A stretch of 64,000 nt of DNA, from NCBI GenBank assembly GCA_964630665.1, contig CAZVVN010000006.1, positions 1 through 64,000 of the forward strand. The letters are read 5' to 3'. The stretch is from an uncultured Acidiferrobacteraceae bacterium. GTDB taxonomy: Bacteria; Pseudomonadota; Gammaproteobacteria; Arenicellales; UBA868. Below, one piece after another: positions 19,481 to 29,272 of the stretch. Every line of letters starts with the position of its first letter. Position 1 is the stretch's first letter. The notes beneath the pieces were generated by a model, which had not been told where the DNA came from, did not search any database, and saw only the letters and a list, made by a program, of their open reading frames with translations. Both the position numbers and the translations under genes were made by a program.

Positions 19481-20224
19481 TTAAGACCTGACAGCCGTCG
19501 GCAGCCTATCCTGCCACCACTGGCGAAAGTCATTATCCGCCACTGCCGCCAACCCACCGGCGTCGACCAGCGCTCCGAGATACTCCAATACGTCCCGCTC
19601 TGACTCGACATCACAATACTTGGCGTCCATGTCAAACAAGTTCGCCTGGTGTGGTCCATCGGCACGGTCACCGACCCCTTCACGTACGACCACAGTCTGA
19701 AAGCCATGCTGCAGAGAATCAACCGCAGAGGCCCGGACACAGCCGCTGGTCGTACAGCCTGTGATGATCACGGTGTCCACGTCGAGTCCGTGGAAGTAGA
19801 CATCCAACTCCGTGCCAAAAAAAGCGCTGGCGAATTTCTTGACAATGACCTGCTCGCCCTCAACCGGTGCGATCCGCTCGTCGATCTCCACCAGCGGCGA
19901 CCCGTTGACCAGAATCGAGAGCGAAGGTACCTTCTTGATGAACACACCAGCATCGCGAAAGTCGGGGTCATAGGCCACCGTGGTGTAAACAACCGGTAGA
20001 CGGCCCCGGCGGAACTCGGCCAGCAGGCGGGATGTGGTGTCCAGTTGCCGTGTGAAGTCCCCACCCAGCGGTGAGTCCGGGTCCGTGAAGCCATTGCTGA
20101 AATCGATGATCAGGAGCGCAGGATTTTGCCCATAGCCCGAGCGACTGGCGAGCCCCTTGGCGAGGTACGACTCGCGGGTGCTGTCCTGCCAGTCATTCAT
20201 GCTGTAAAGAGGGCTGCCTGACAA
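19481..20224 (-). CDS. Isochorismatase-family cysteine hydrolase (N-carbamoylsarcosine amidase-like), cluster 2
   Basis: 247 aa. ITGCTTSGCVRASAVD and ALLIIDFSNGFTDP are close paralog matches to the 12675..13316 product. Confidence 0.75.
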   Translation of the reverse strand: MSGSPLYSMNDWQDSTRESYLAKGLASRSGYGQNPALLIIDFSNGFTDPDSPLGGDFTRQLDTTSRLLAEFRRGRLPVVYTTVAYDPDFRDAGVFIKKVPSLSILVNGSPLVEIDERIAPVEGEQVIVKKFASAFFGTELDVYFHGLDVDTVIITGCTTSGCVRASAVDSLQHGFQTVVVREGVGDRADGPHQANLFDMDAKYCDVESERDVLEYLGALVDAGGLAAVADNDFRQWWQDRLPTAVRS

Positions 20225-20244
20225 TCAGAGAAATCCTGCACACG

Positions 20245-20811
20245 TCAACCAGGCCCGGATGATGACCTGGGCGGTGTCCAGCGATGGCGCCACCCCAGCC
20301 GGAATGACCGGACAACGCGGTGCAGCAGGTAGAAGAGCACAGCCAGCACTACCAGCACGAACACTGACAGCAACCGGCGGCCGAATGCAGCATCAATCAC
20401 AGAGCCGTCGTTCATCAGGTGTCCACTCAGCATCTCGACGGCCTGTATGGTCGCACCGGCACACAGGATGACGGCAGCTAGAACCGCGATCTGCAGCGTA
20501 TCGAAAATCAGATCCTGAGCGTTCGATTCAGTTACCCCCTGGAAAATACTTTTTCGAAATGACTGCCAGTGAGAGACGACGAAACTGATCACGGCGACCA
20601 GCGAGGCAAACCAGAACAATATGTTGGAGAAGTGAATTCTCGGGATATTGTCGATCAAGTACTGTACGAAAGGCTGGTAGAAAAGCAAGAAAATGATCAG
20701 AATCACGATCACAATCAGCCCAATCCACCGGCCTGGGCTGTGCCACCGACTGCTAGGCTCTTCCATCAGGTATAGGGGCCTCTTGCGGTGCCAGGAACGC
20801 AGAACGCTCAT
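20245..20811 (-). CDS. Small polytopic membrane protein (unknown family), paralog of 32788..33264
   Basis: 188 aa with about 4 predicted TM helices. Shared motifs with the 32788 ORF are FYQPF/FFQPF, GATIQAVE/GATLQAVQ and DAAFGRRL/DADFGRRI. Confidence 0.5.
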   Translation of the reverse strand: MSVLRSWHRKRPLYLMEEPSSRWHSPGRWIGLIVIVILIIFLLFYQPFVQYLIDNIPRIHFSNILFWFASLVAVISFVVSHWQSFRKSIFQGVTESNAQDLIFDTLQIAVLAAVILCAGATIQAVEMLSGHLMNDGSVIDAAFGRRLLSVFVLVVLAVLFYLLHRVVRSFRLGWRHRWTPPRSSSGPG

Positions 20812-21080
20812 GGCAGACCTTGAATCACGTCACGTCAGACACTAATGATAGTGCAGCCAGTGGGCAATGCCAAACTCAACTGATGCCAGAGTCTGCGCCA
20901 GCCCCGGAGATAAGACGCTTGCGGACCCGGCTGTAGAACCGTTCAGTGGCGTGTCGGGTCTTCCCGAGGGTAGTGTTCTGTTGTAGATTTGTCCGGTTTC
21001 AACACTAAACAGCGGCAGGCCATACGGACATGGACCAGCGCCGGCAATTGCTGGAATAACAAAGGAGAGATCGGACCCGC

Positions 21081-23150
21081 ATGTCTATCCGCCTCGGCAT
21101 CGACGTTGGAGGGACCTTCACAGACCTGTTGCTTTTTGACGAGGTCAACGAAGTGTTTCATCTTCACAAGACCCCGTCGACACCCGATGACCAGTCGCTG
21201 GCTATCCTGCAGGGCGTTGGCGATCTTCTCGACCAGTCCGGGGTATCTGCCGACCAGGTCCAGTCGCTCCTGCATGGTACGACAGTTGGAACCAACATCG
21301 TTCTCGAGGGGAAAGGGGCCAGAGTCGGCCTGCTGGTCACCGAAAACTTTGAGCAAGTACTGCATCTGGCCAGATCGCAGACACCCGGGCCACTGGCTGG
21401 CTGGATCACCATGCAGAAACCCGATCCCCTGGCTGATCTTGAATTCACCCGGGGAATACCCGAACGGATCAACGCCCGCGGGCAAATTATCCAGCCAATG
21501 GACGAGGCCCATGCCCGACAACTGATCGATGAGTTGGTGAACAAAGGCGCCGAATCGATCACGATTTCGCTGCTGCATGGCTACACAAACCCAACCCATG
21601 AGCGGAAACTTCGTGACATCATAGCGGTCACCTATCCTGATCTGCCCGTCTCGATATCCTCGGACATCCTCCCCGAGTTTCGCGAATACGAACGCACCCT
21701 CGTGACTGTCATGAACGCGTATATACGCCCAGACATGCGCGGATACCTGGCAGGTTTCAAGCAGAAGCTCGAAGCCCTGAATTCCACCCCCAAGCTGCAC
21801 ATTGTCCGCTCGGACAGCGGACTGATGGGTATCGAACATGCGATGGAGTCCCCGGTCTACACGCTGCTGTCAGGCCCCGCCGGCGGTGTCGGCGGGGCAG
21901 CCTACCTGTCCAGACTGACGGGACACCCGGATACGGTCGGCTTCGATATGGGCGGCACATCGACCGACATCTCCCTGATTCGAAACGGGCAGCCCACCGC
22001 ATCCCGGCAGACGTCACTCGGGAGTTACCCGATCAAGATCCCATCGGTCGAAGTCCACAGCGTAGGTGCGGGCGGTGGCTCGATTGCCCACGTCCCGATG
22101 ACCGGAGCTTTACGGGTAGGACCTGAAAGTGCCGGTGCCGTCCCGGGGCCTGCCTGCTACGGCAACGGTGGTACGGCAGCCACGGTGACCGATGCCAACG
22201 TAGTTCTCGGCCGCCTGCCGGAGTACCTGCTCGGCGGGAAAATGCCGCTCGATATCAAGGCAGCAGAAGATGCTGTCGGGGCAGTCGCACGACAACTCGA
22301 TCTGGACGTTTTCGAAGCCGCCCAGGGCATCATCGACATTGTCAATGAGAACATGTTCGGCGCCCTGCGCCTGACCACGGTTCAAAAAGGACTGGACCCG
22401 CGGAACTTCGGCTTGGTGGCGTTCGGTGGCGCTGGCCCGTTGCATGCCAATGCCCTGGCGATTCTCGGGCGGTGCTATCCCGTCATTGTGCCCCCTACGC
22501 CAGGGGTGTTGTCAGCGCTCGGTTTTCTCCAAGCCAGTGTCCGGAACGAAGCCAACCAGAGCATCATCCGGAACCTCTCCGATGTCGCCCCGGAGGAGTT
22601 GGGCAACATCGCATCCCGCCTGACTGATAACATCAGAAACTGGCTCTCTGGAGAAGGCATTGCTGTCAACGACCAGTCCTTGCAGCACGAGATCGACATG
22701 CGCTACCTCCGACAGGGCTATGAACTGTCGCTGCCATTTCAGCCAGAGAAAATCACCCAGGCAACACTGCAGGATCTGGGTGAGCGCTTCAATACCCTGC
22801 ACGAGCAACACTACGGGTTCAAGGTGAACTCGGTCGTGGAGATCGTCAACCTGCGCGTGATCGGCTTGGGTAAGGTTGCCGAGATGAATTCGCCAAAAGC
22901 ACGGCCTGGCAGTGCTGATCCAGCGGCTGCCTTGGCTGGGGAGCGACAGGTTTTCTTCGATGGCGCATCATTTGCTACAAATATCTACGAAAGAAACGGG
23001 TTGACAGCGGGTAATGAGATCACCGGCCCGGCCATCATCAGCCAGACCGATGCGACTACCATGATCCACCCGGATCACGTTGCTACAGTCGATGAGCACC
23101 TGAATATTCTTATCCAGCCCAGGATCCCGGCTACCGAGACCAGACACTAG
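21081..23150 (+). CDS. hyuA: Hydantoinase A / oxoprolinase family protein (HyuA-like), cluster 2
   Basis: 689 aa beginning MSIRLGIDVGGTFTDLLLFDE. It is preceded by a Shine-Dalgarno-like AAAGGAGAGA. Hydantoinase_A core motifs run throughout. Confidence 0.85.
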   Translation: MSIRLGIDVGGTFTDLLLFDEVNEVFHLHKTPSTPDDQSLAILQGVGDLLDQSGVSADQVQSLLHGTTVGTNIVLEGKGARVGLLVTENFEQVLHLARSQTPGPLAGWITMQKPDPLADLEFTRGIPERINARGQIIQPMDEAHARQLIDELVNKGAESITISLLHGYTNPTHERKLRDIIAVTYPDLPVSISSDILPEFREYERTLVTVMNAYIRPDMRGYLAGFKQKLEALNSTPKLHIVRSDSGLMGIEHAMESPVYTLLSGPAGGVGGAAYLSRLTGHPDTVGFDMGGTSTDISLIRNGQPTASRQTSLGSYPIKIPSVEVHSVGAGGGSIAHVPMTGALRVGPESAGAVPGPACYGNGGTAATVTDANVVLGRLPEYLLGGKMPLDIKAAEDAVGAVARQLDLDVFEAAQGIIDIVNENMFGALRLTTVQKGLDPRNFGLVAFGGAGPLHANALAILGRCYPVIVPPTPGVLSALGFLQASVRNEANQSIIRNLSDVAPEELGNIASRLTDNIRNWLSGEGIAVNDQSLQHEIDMRYLRQGYELSLPFQPEKITQATLQDLGERFNTLHEQHYGFKVNSVVEIVNLRVIGLGKVAEMNSPKARPGSADPAAALAGERQVFFDGASFATNIYERNGLTAGNEITGPAIISQTDATTMIHPDHVATVDEHLNILIQPRIPATETRH

Positions 23151-23163
23151 CGAGGAGAGATCG

Positions 23164-25479
23164 GTGAGTAGCAAATCAGCATCACTGGAAGAACTGGTCA
23201 GGGCCAACAAGGCGCAGTTCGACCGGATCTTTTCGACACAGATGGGAACGCCGGATGCACAACCGGGTGACACTGCCGAACCGTCTGAAACCCCGGCTTC
23301 AGTGGCAGAAGACGGTCAGGCTCCCCTGGACAGCAGTATCAGAAAGGTCCTGACCGAACGTTACGGCGACGGCTGGTCGCAGGAGATTGTCGAGCACAGT
23401 ATCGACGGTGACGAGGTCCGGGTCGTGTGCAGACTCGAAGCCGATGGATTGGCCAGTACGCAGCATGGCAACGCCAGGAACAGCGGCAACGTCGGGATCG
23501 CTCTGCAGCGTGCCAGCGACAATGCTCTGGCCCGCTGTTACCGTGAACTGGACCCAGACGGCACCCGAGCAACTGACTCATTTAAGGCGCCTGCGGCTTC
23601 AACATCTTCCCTGCCCCAGGATCTCCTGCCTACCGCTGCTGTCCGTTTAGCGGCCAGCCAGCGACAACGACCGGGGCAGCAGATCGATACAGTCACCCTG
23701 GATCTGATCGAAAACGCTCTCAGGAACGCGCGCCATGAAATGGACGCGGTACTGTTCCGCTCTGCCATGTCCCCAGTCATACGCGAACAGCACGACGAAT
23801 TCCCGATGATCACCGATCGACGGGGGCGAATGATTGTCGGTCAGTTCGGTTCCTACGTCGCCCAGATGCTCCGTGAGAAGAAGTTCGACCTCTCACCGGG
23901 AGACGTGATTCTTCAAAGTGATCCCTACCAGTGCGGCGGTGCGATCAGTCACATCAACGACTGGCTGGTCCTCGTTCCGGTGTTCCACCAGGAGGCTCTG
24001 GTCGGCTTCAGTTCCATGTTCGGACACATGATGGATGTTGGCGGACCAGTCGCCGGCAGTATGCCTACTGGCGCAACCACAATCTATGGGGAAGGCATCC
24101 GAATCCCGCCCATCAAGATCTTTGAGAAAGGCAAAGTCAACCAGGCAGCGCTGGATCTGATCCTCAACAATACCCGAACACCTCAGATGAACTACAGCGA
24201 CCTGATGGCAATCATCGCTGGAAGCCGTGCAGGTGAGAAACGGGTGGTGGAAATCTGTGACCGGTTTGGGCGAGAGACTTATTTTCAGGCCTGCGAGGCC
24301 CTCCTTGACCGTACCCAACAGGCCATGAAACGACTGATCGTCCAAAACCTGCCCACGGAACCCCAGTCATTCGAAGATTATGTCGACGATGACGGCTGTG
24401 GCAACGGCCCGTTCAAAATGAAACTCACACTCTGGCGGGAGGGTGAGCACGCTTTCTTCGACTGGACCGGTACCTCTGACCAGGCACCCGGCCCCATCAA
24501 CTTCTACCTGCACGAAGGTATGTTCAAGATGTTTATCGGGGTCTACATGATCATGGTCTTCGACCCACAGATCCTCTTCAATGACGGGTTCTATGATCTG
24601 GTCCATGTCACCATGCCCACAGGATCCGTACTGCAGCCCGAGTTTCCTGCAGCACTGGGCTGCAGGACCCACGCCCTGGCACGCCAATTCGATGTCCTGG
24701 GCGGTGCACTGAGTCACAAAGCCCCTGAGCTGGCCACTGCAGCGGGCTACGGCTCCAGCCCGCATTTTCTCTACTCTGGCATTGACCGGCAGGGTACCCC
24801 GTTTCAGTTGATGGAGATCCTGTATGGCGGTATTCCCGGCAGACCTGTTGGCGACGGCCTGGATGGGCATTCGTGGTGGCCGCTTTTTGAAAACATTCCG
24901 ACCGAATACCTTGAGATTTATTTCCCTCTGGTGGTCGAAAGCTACGCCAGCATCCGCGACTCCGGCGGCGCTGGCCAGCACCGCGGGGGCAACGGTGTCG
25001 AAAAGATCTACCACATTCTGGAGCCTGGGGAGATCTCGATCCATGACGACCGGCACCAAAGCCAGCCCTGGGGTATTCTCGGAGGCAAACCCGGTGCCTG
25101 TTCAGAGAAATGGATCATCCAGAAAGAGGCAGGGCGTAAAGCACTGTCCTCAAAAGTCGACAATGTGCAGGTCTATCCTGGTGATAGAATCATTTTCAGG
25201 ACCGCCGGCGCCGGCGGCTGGGGTGACCCCCTGGAACGGGAGGTGGGCGCAGTCAGGAACGACGTCGCGCGCAATCTGGTCGGTGTCGATACCGCGCGAC
25301 AGGCGTACGGTGTCATCATCAACGAAAACACCCTCGAGGCTGATGTCAGGCAGACCGAGGAGTTGAGGCAGAGAATGAGGAACAACCGATCCCCGCTGGC
25401 TGTCTTTGACTTTGGCAGCAGGATTGTCGGGGTTTCCCACAGGAATGGGGTCGAATCTGGTGAGCAGGCCCCGGTTTGA
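23164..25479 (+). CDS. hyuB: Hydantoinase B family protein (HyuB-like) with a roughly 170-aa N-terminal extension containing a Rad52-like minidomain, cluster 2
   Basis: 771 aa. The Hydantoinase_B core starts near residue 175 (TLDLIENALRNARHEMDAVLFRSAMSPVIREQHDEFPMI). The N-extension contains LTERYGDGWSQEIVEHSIDGDEVRVVCRLEADGL...ALQRASDNALARCYREL. It follows hyuA after a 13-bp gap. Confidence 0.85.
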   Translation: MSSKSASLEELVRANKAQFDRIFSTQMGTPDAQPGDTAEPSETPASVAEDGQAPLDSSIRKVLTERYGDGWSQEIVEHSIDGDEVRVVCRLEADGLASTQHGNARNSGNVGIALQRASDNALARCYRELDPDGTRATDSFKAPAASTSSLPQDLLPTAAVRLAASQRQRPGQQIDTVTLDLIENALRNARHEMDAVLFRSAMSPVIREQHDEFPMITDRRGRMIVGQFGSYVAQMLREKKFDLSPGDVILQSDPYQCGGAISHINDWLVLVPVFHQEALVGFSSMFGHMMDVGGPVAGSMPTGATTIYGEGIRIPPIKIFEKGKVNQAALDLILNNTRTPQMNYSDLMAIIAGSRAGEKRVVEICDRFGRETYFQACEALLDRTQQAMKRLIVQNLPTEPQSFEDYVDDDGCGNGPFKMKLTLWREGEHAFFDWTGTSDQAPGPINFYLHEGMFKMFIGVYMIMVFDPQILFNDGFYDLVHVTMPTGSVLQPEFPAALGCRTHALARQFDVLGGALSHKAPELATAAGYGSSPHFLYSGIDRQGTPFQLMEILYGGIPGRPVGDGLDGHSWWPLFENIPTEYLEIYFPLVVESYASIRDSGGAGQHRGGNGVEKIYHILEPGEISIHDDRHQSQPWGILGGKPGACSEKWIIQKEAGRKALSSKVDNVQVYPGDRIIFRTAGAGGWGDPLEREVGAVRNDVARNLVGVDTARQAYGVIINENTLEADVRQTEELRQRMRNNRSPLAVFDFGSRIVGVSHRNGVESGEQAPV

Positions 25480-25509
25480 ATCTAGGAGTCGAATCCATAA
25501 ACACTGGCT

Positions 25510-28095
25510 TTGAGAACGGGGATTTCACCCATGTCAATTGAAACGTTGATCACACTGGTGATCCTGGCCGTCATTGCGGTCGCGATCTTCTACATCATCT
25601 CTGTCTGGGTCTACAAAAGGGCCCCGGCCAACATGGGTTTTATACGGACGGGGTTCGGCGGAACCAAGGTCTGCCTGGGCCAGGGGGCGATGGTGCTGCC
25701 GGTCTTCCATGAAGTCAGCTGGGTATCACTGGAGACCATAAAGCTGATTGTCAGCCGCTCCCGTGACCAGGCGATACTGACCTCAGACAAGATCCGTGTC
25801 GACGTGGTAGCCGAACTCTACACCCATGTCGGACACACGGAAGAGGACTTATTGACCGCCAGCCGTAGCCTCGGAGAGAAGACCTTCGACGCCGACAACG
25901 TCCGGAACCTTCTGGAGGCAAAGATCATCAGCGCCTTGCGCAGCTATGCAGCGACCAAGACACTGAACGAGTTGCACGAAAACCGAGACACCTTCGCAAA
26001 AGACATCAAGAGCCAGGTCCGCGACAGTTTCCAGGCCAATGGCCTGAACCTCGAAGAGGTCACCATCGTGACAATGGAGCAAACCGGCAAGGAGTATTTC
26101 AAGACCGATAACGTGTTCGATGCCGAAGGGCTCAAGATCATCACGGCGATCACCTCCAAGGCCAAACGCGAAGTTCACGACACCGAGAAGAAAGCCAGTG
26201 TCGCTATTCGTCAGAAAGAACTCGATACCCAACTCGAGCTGCTCGAGATCGAACGCCAGGAGGCCTTTGCCAAGGCCAATCAGGATAAAGCAGTGTCCAA
26301 TGAGCAGGCCCTGCGGGTTGGTGAAAAACAGCGTTACGTCCTTGAGCAGAAAATGGCGGTCGAACAGAAAGAAATCGAGAACGAACAGACGCTGGAGCAA
26401 CTTCGGACCGACCGGGATGTCGCGATCATCGAAGAGGCTCGTAAGCGTGAAATCGCCGAGATTGAGAAAACCCGGATCACCGAACAACAAAGGCGGGACC
26501 GGGAGATCCATCTAATCTCCAAGGCCAAGGAGGAGGAACTCGCCAATATCCAGCGGAACCTGGATCTGGAAAAAGCCGAGAAGGATCGGCAAATCGAACT
26601 TCACGTAAAATCAAAAGAAGAACAACTCGCCCAGATCCAGCGTGAACAGGCACTGGAGATTGCAGAGAAGGACAAGCAAATCCAGTCCATCGCAAACGAC
26701 CGGCAACGTCAGGAGGCTGAAATTCTCCGACAGACTGCGATCACGACCAGCGAGGAACAGGCCCGTGAAGAAAGGGTCAAGGCCAGTGAAATTGCCGAAG
26801 TCGCGATTCAACAGCAGAAACTTGCGAGCCGTCTGTCCCTGCTGGATGTGGACAAGAATGACGCTTTTGCAACAGCGACCCAGGAAAAAGAAATTGCCGA
26901 AGAGCAGGCTAGGATCCTGACCCAGAAGCAGTTGTTTTTGCTCGAGCAGAAGTGGCAGGTGGAGCAGGAAGAAATCCACAAGGAACTCTCTGTCGAACAG
27001 GCGCAGATAGACAAGGAAGCACAGGTCCTGCTGGAATCACAGAAAAAAGAAACGGCCGAAGTGCAACGCTCACTGGCCCGACAATCCGAGGAACGCAATC
27101 GGGAAATCGCCCTGGCGGCCAAGGAAATGGAGCTCGAGCAGGCCGAGGCGCGTCGCCTTGAGGCCACCGCGGCCCGGCAGAAAGCCGAGCACGAGGCCGA
27201 ATCGGTGCGGCACGTCGCGGATGCTGAGCGGCAACGTATCATTGACCTGATAGAGGCAGAGAACAGCGCCGAGACCCGGCGGGTGGAGGAAGAAAACAAG
27301 GCGCAGATCTCTAGAATGCATATGCTCGCCCAGGCCGAAGCCCGCAAAGAATCAGCACAGCGTGAGGCGGATGCCACCCTGACGAGAGCCAGGGCCTCCA
27401 GTGAGGCGCAGCAAATCAATGCGCTCGGTATTGAAAAAGAAGCTGCCGCCAAAGGCCGCGCCGAGATGGAGATCGAGCAACTGCGGGTTGACAACACCCA
27501 GCGCATGCTCGAGGCGGAGGCCAGTGGTATCGAGGCCAAAGCCGACGCGCTCAAGAAGTACAACCTGGCGGCGACTTTCCTGGAGCTTTCCAAGCTGCAT
27601 ATCGAGGCCGAACGTGATGTGCGCAGCGATCAGGCCAAAGCCATGGGCAATGCCCTGCAGGGTGCCCAGATCCGCATGTACGGCGGCAGCGACGATGGGA
27701 CCATAGACAACATTCGGAGCCTGTTTACCTCGGGCTTCGGCGTCGGTGAGGCCCTAGAAGGTCTTGCCCAGTCGATGCCGGAGGGCCTGCGGCAACGCTT
27801 TGCAGAAAACGGTATCCGTGGCCTGTTCGGTGCCCCCGGAGGTGCCGGGCGCTTCCAGCACGCGGTGACCGAAATTGGAGAGCTTCTGACGCAGACTTTG
27901 AAAACAAAGAAAAGCCGGGAAGAAACAGATTTCAGGGACGCCATGCTGCAGCTCGAAGAGGCCGCGGGATCGGATAAGTCCAAGTTAGAAGCAGTTTCGC
28001 TGCTGACTGATTTCAACCAGGCCGGGGTGTTCGATGAAGTGTCGTTCGAGACCGTCTGGAGCCTATTGCTGGCAACCTCGAAAAGCGTCAACTAA
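25510..28095 (+). CDS. Flotillin / SPFH (band 7) family protein with N-terminal TM helix and a very long coiled-coil region (861 aa)
   Basis: It has an N-terminal hydrophobic helix (IETLITLVILAVIAVAIFYII). The SPFH domain follows (GFIRTGFGGTKV...IVTMEQTGKEYF). About 450 aa of heptad-like E/K/Q/R/A-rich repeats come next, then a flotillin-like C-terminus. The gene sits 30 bp after hyuB. Confidence 0.8.
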   Translation: MRTGISPMSIETLITLVILAVIAVAIFYIISVWVYKRAPANMGFIRTGFGGTKVCLGQGAMVLPVFHEVSWVSLETIKLIVSRSRDQAILTSDKIRVDVVAELYTHVGHTEEDLLTASRSLGEKTFDADNVRNLLEAKIISALRSYAATKTLNELHENRDTFAKDIKSQVRDSFQANGLNLEEVTIVTMEQTGKEYFKTDNVFDAEGLKIITAITSKAKREVHDTEKKASVAIRQKELDTQLELLEIERQEAFAKANQDKAVSNEQALRVGEKQRYVLEQKMAVEQKEIENEQTLEQLRTDRDVAIIEEARKREIAEIEKTRITEQQRRDREIHLISKAKEEELANIQRNLDLEKAEKDRQIELHVKSKEEQLAQIQREQALEIAEKDKQIQSIANDRQRQEAEILRQTAITTSEEQAREERVKASEIAEVAIQQQKLASRLSLLDVDKNDAFATATQEKEIAEEQARILTQKQLFLLEQKWQVEQEEIHKELSVEQAQIDKEAQVLLESQKKETAEVQRSLARQSEERNREIALAAKEMELEQAEARRLEATAARQKAEHEAESVRHVADAERQRIIDLIEAENSAETRRVEEENKAQISRMHMLAQAEARKESAQREADATLTRARASSEAQQINALGIEKEAAAKGRAEMEIEQLRVDNTQRMLEAEASGIEAKADALKKYNLAATFLELSKLHIEAERDVRSDQAKAMGNALQGAQIRMYGGSDDGTIDNIRSLFTSGFGVGEALEGLAQSMPEGLRQRFAENGIRGLFGAPGGAGRFQHAVTEIGELLTQTLKTKKSREETDFRDAMLQLEEAAGSDKSKLEAVSLLTDFNQAGVFDEVSFETVWSLLLATSKSVN

Positions 28096-28119
28096 CCAGC
28101 CAGAAGCGATTTCGCCGTC

Positions 28120-29202
28120 ATGCCAGAGTACGACGTCGTTCTGAGCGACGTCTGCAAGACCTTCTCCGGTGATACCCGGGCCGTGATCGATTTCAATGCC
28201 AAGATCGAACATGGTGCATTCGTCGCGATGCTCGGGCCAAGCGGTTGCGGCAAAACCACGACGCTTCGCATGATCGGAGGGCTCGAGGAAGTCACATCGG
28301 GAAAGATTTACCTGTCCGGCACCGATGTGACCGACCTGCCGCCCTCGGAGCGTGACACCTCGATGATGTTTCAAAGCTTTGCCCTGTTCCCGCACCGTAC
28401 GGTACTGCAAAACGTCGAGTTTTCGTTGAAGATGCGGGGCGTGTCACCCGAAGTCCGCCTGCGCCAGACCTGGGAAATGCTGGAACTGATCGGGCTCAGT
28501 GAACTGGCCCAACGCTATCCCAGGGATCTCAGTGGCGGCCAGCAGCAGCGTGTGGCCCTCGGCAGGGCCTTGATCAGTCATCCCACCGTTCTACTCCTCG
28601 ATGAACCACTCGGCTCTCTGGATTACAGCCTGCGTCAGGCGATGATGGTTGAATTGAAGAAAATTCAGCGGGAACTGGGCATCACCTTCATCATGGTGAC
28701 GCATTCCCAGCAGGAAGCGTTGTCCATGGCTGATCAGGTCATTGTGATGAGTGACGCCGTCATTCAGCAGATCGGCACCTCCCGGGAAATCTACGAGGCG
28801 CCCAAGACCCGGTTTGTTGCTGAGTTCATCGGCACCAATAACCTGTTTTCCGGTGTGGTCCGCTCCCAAAGTGGTTCCATCGTGATCCTTGAGCAGAATG
28901 ATCAACTCTTTTACGTTACAGCCGATGACTCAGCAGACAGCATACCGATTGGTGCCGAAGCCTATCTGTCGGTCCGAGCAGACAAGATGCATACTGGCCA
29001 CCAGAATGAGATGGCGAATCACGTAACCGGCAATTACCTGGCCACCGAATACCTGGGGTCACTTGAGACTGATGTCTTTGAGATCGCACCCAACCACTTC
29101 ATCCATGTGGAACAACATCGTGATTCAATACAGCGCGATTACCAGGTCGGTGAGCCGGTCGAGATCAGCTGGCCAACAAACGCCGGGGTACTGCTCCAAT
29201 AA
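28120..29202 (+). CDS. ABC transporter ATP-binding protein, PotA/FbpC-like with C-terminal TOBE-like regulatory domain
   Basis: Walker A GPSGCGKTT, signature LSGGQQQRVALGRAL, Walker B LLLDEPLGSLD and H-loop VTHSQ. The C-terminal 120 aa are typical of PotA-type importers. Confidence 0.85.
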   Translation: MPEYDVVLSDVCKTFSGDTRAVIDFNAKIEHGAFVAMLGPSGCGKTTTLRMIGGLEEVTSGKIYLSGTDVTDLPPSERDTSMMFQSFALFPHRTVLQNVEFSLKMRGVSPEVRLRQTWEMLELIGLSELAQRYPRDLSGGQQQRVALGRALISHPTVLLLDEPLGSLDYSLRQAMMVELKKIQRELGITFIMVTHSQQEALSMADQVIVMSDAVIQQIGTSREIYEAPKTRFVAEFIGTNNLFSGVVRSQSGSIVILEQNDQLFYVTADDSADSIPIGAEAYLSVRADKMHTGHQNEMANHVTGNYLATEYLGSLETDVFEIAPNHFIHVEQHRDSIQRDYQVGEPVEISWPTNAGVLLQ

Positions 29203-29228
29203 CACGTCCCAGCCCAGTCAGGGCCACG

Positions 29229-29272
29229 GAAAACAGCGACTGCGGTGCTGCGTTAACCGCCTGCCAGTCGCT
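29229..29272 (-). terminator. Candidate intrinsic terminator between the convergent PotA-like and PotC-like genes
   Basis: An 8-bp inverted repeat AGCGACTG/CAGTCGCT (29235-29242 / 29265-29272) encloses an inner 5-bp stem GCGGT/ACCGC. On the minus strand the structure is followed by TTTTCC. It overlaps the potC-like stop. Confidence 0.35.

Noticed and set aside
20943-21839. 298-aa ORF on the minus strand overlapping the 5' half of hyuA (21081..23150)
   Set aside because: It is antisense to a gene with strong Hydantoinase_A motifs and has no recognisable domain. This is a typical high-GC shadow ORF.
25849-27593. Ser/Ala/Leu-rich antisense ORFs (for example 26808..27593, 25849..26511) across the flotillin coiled-coil region
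   Set aside because: They are reverse complements of the GAG/GCC/CAG-rich repeats encoding the coiled coil, with low-complexity translations only.
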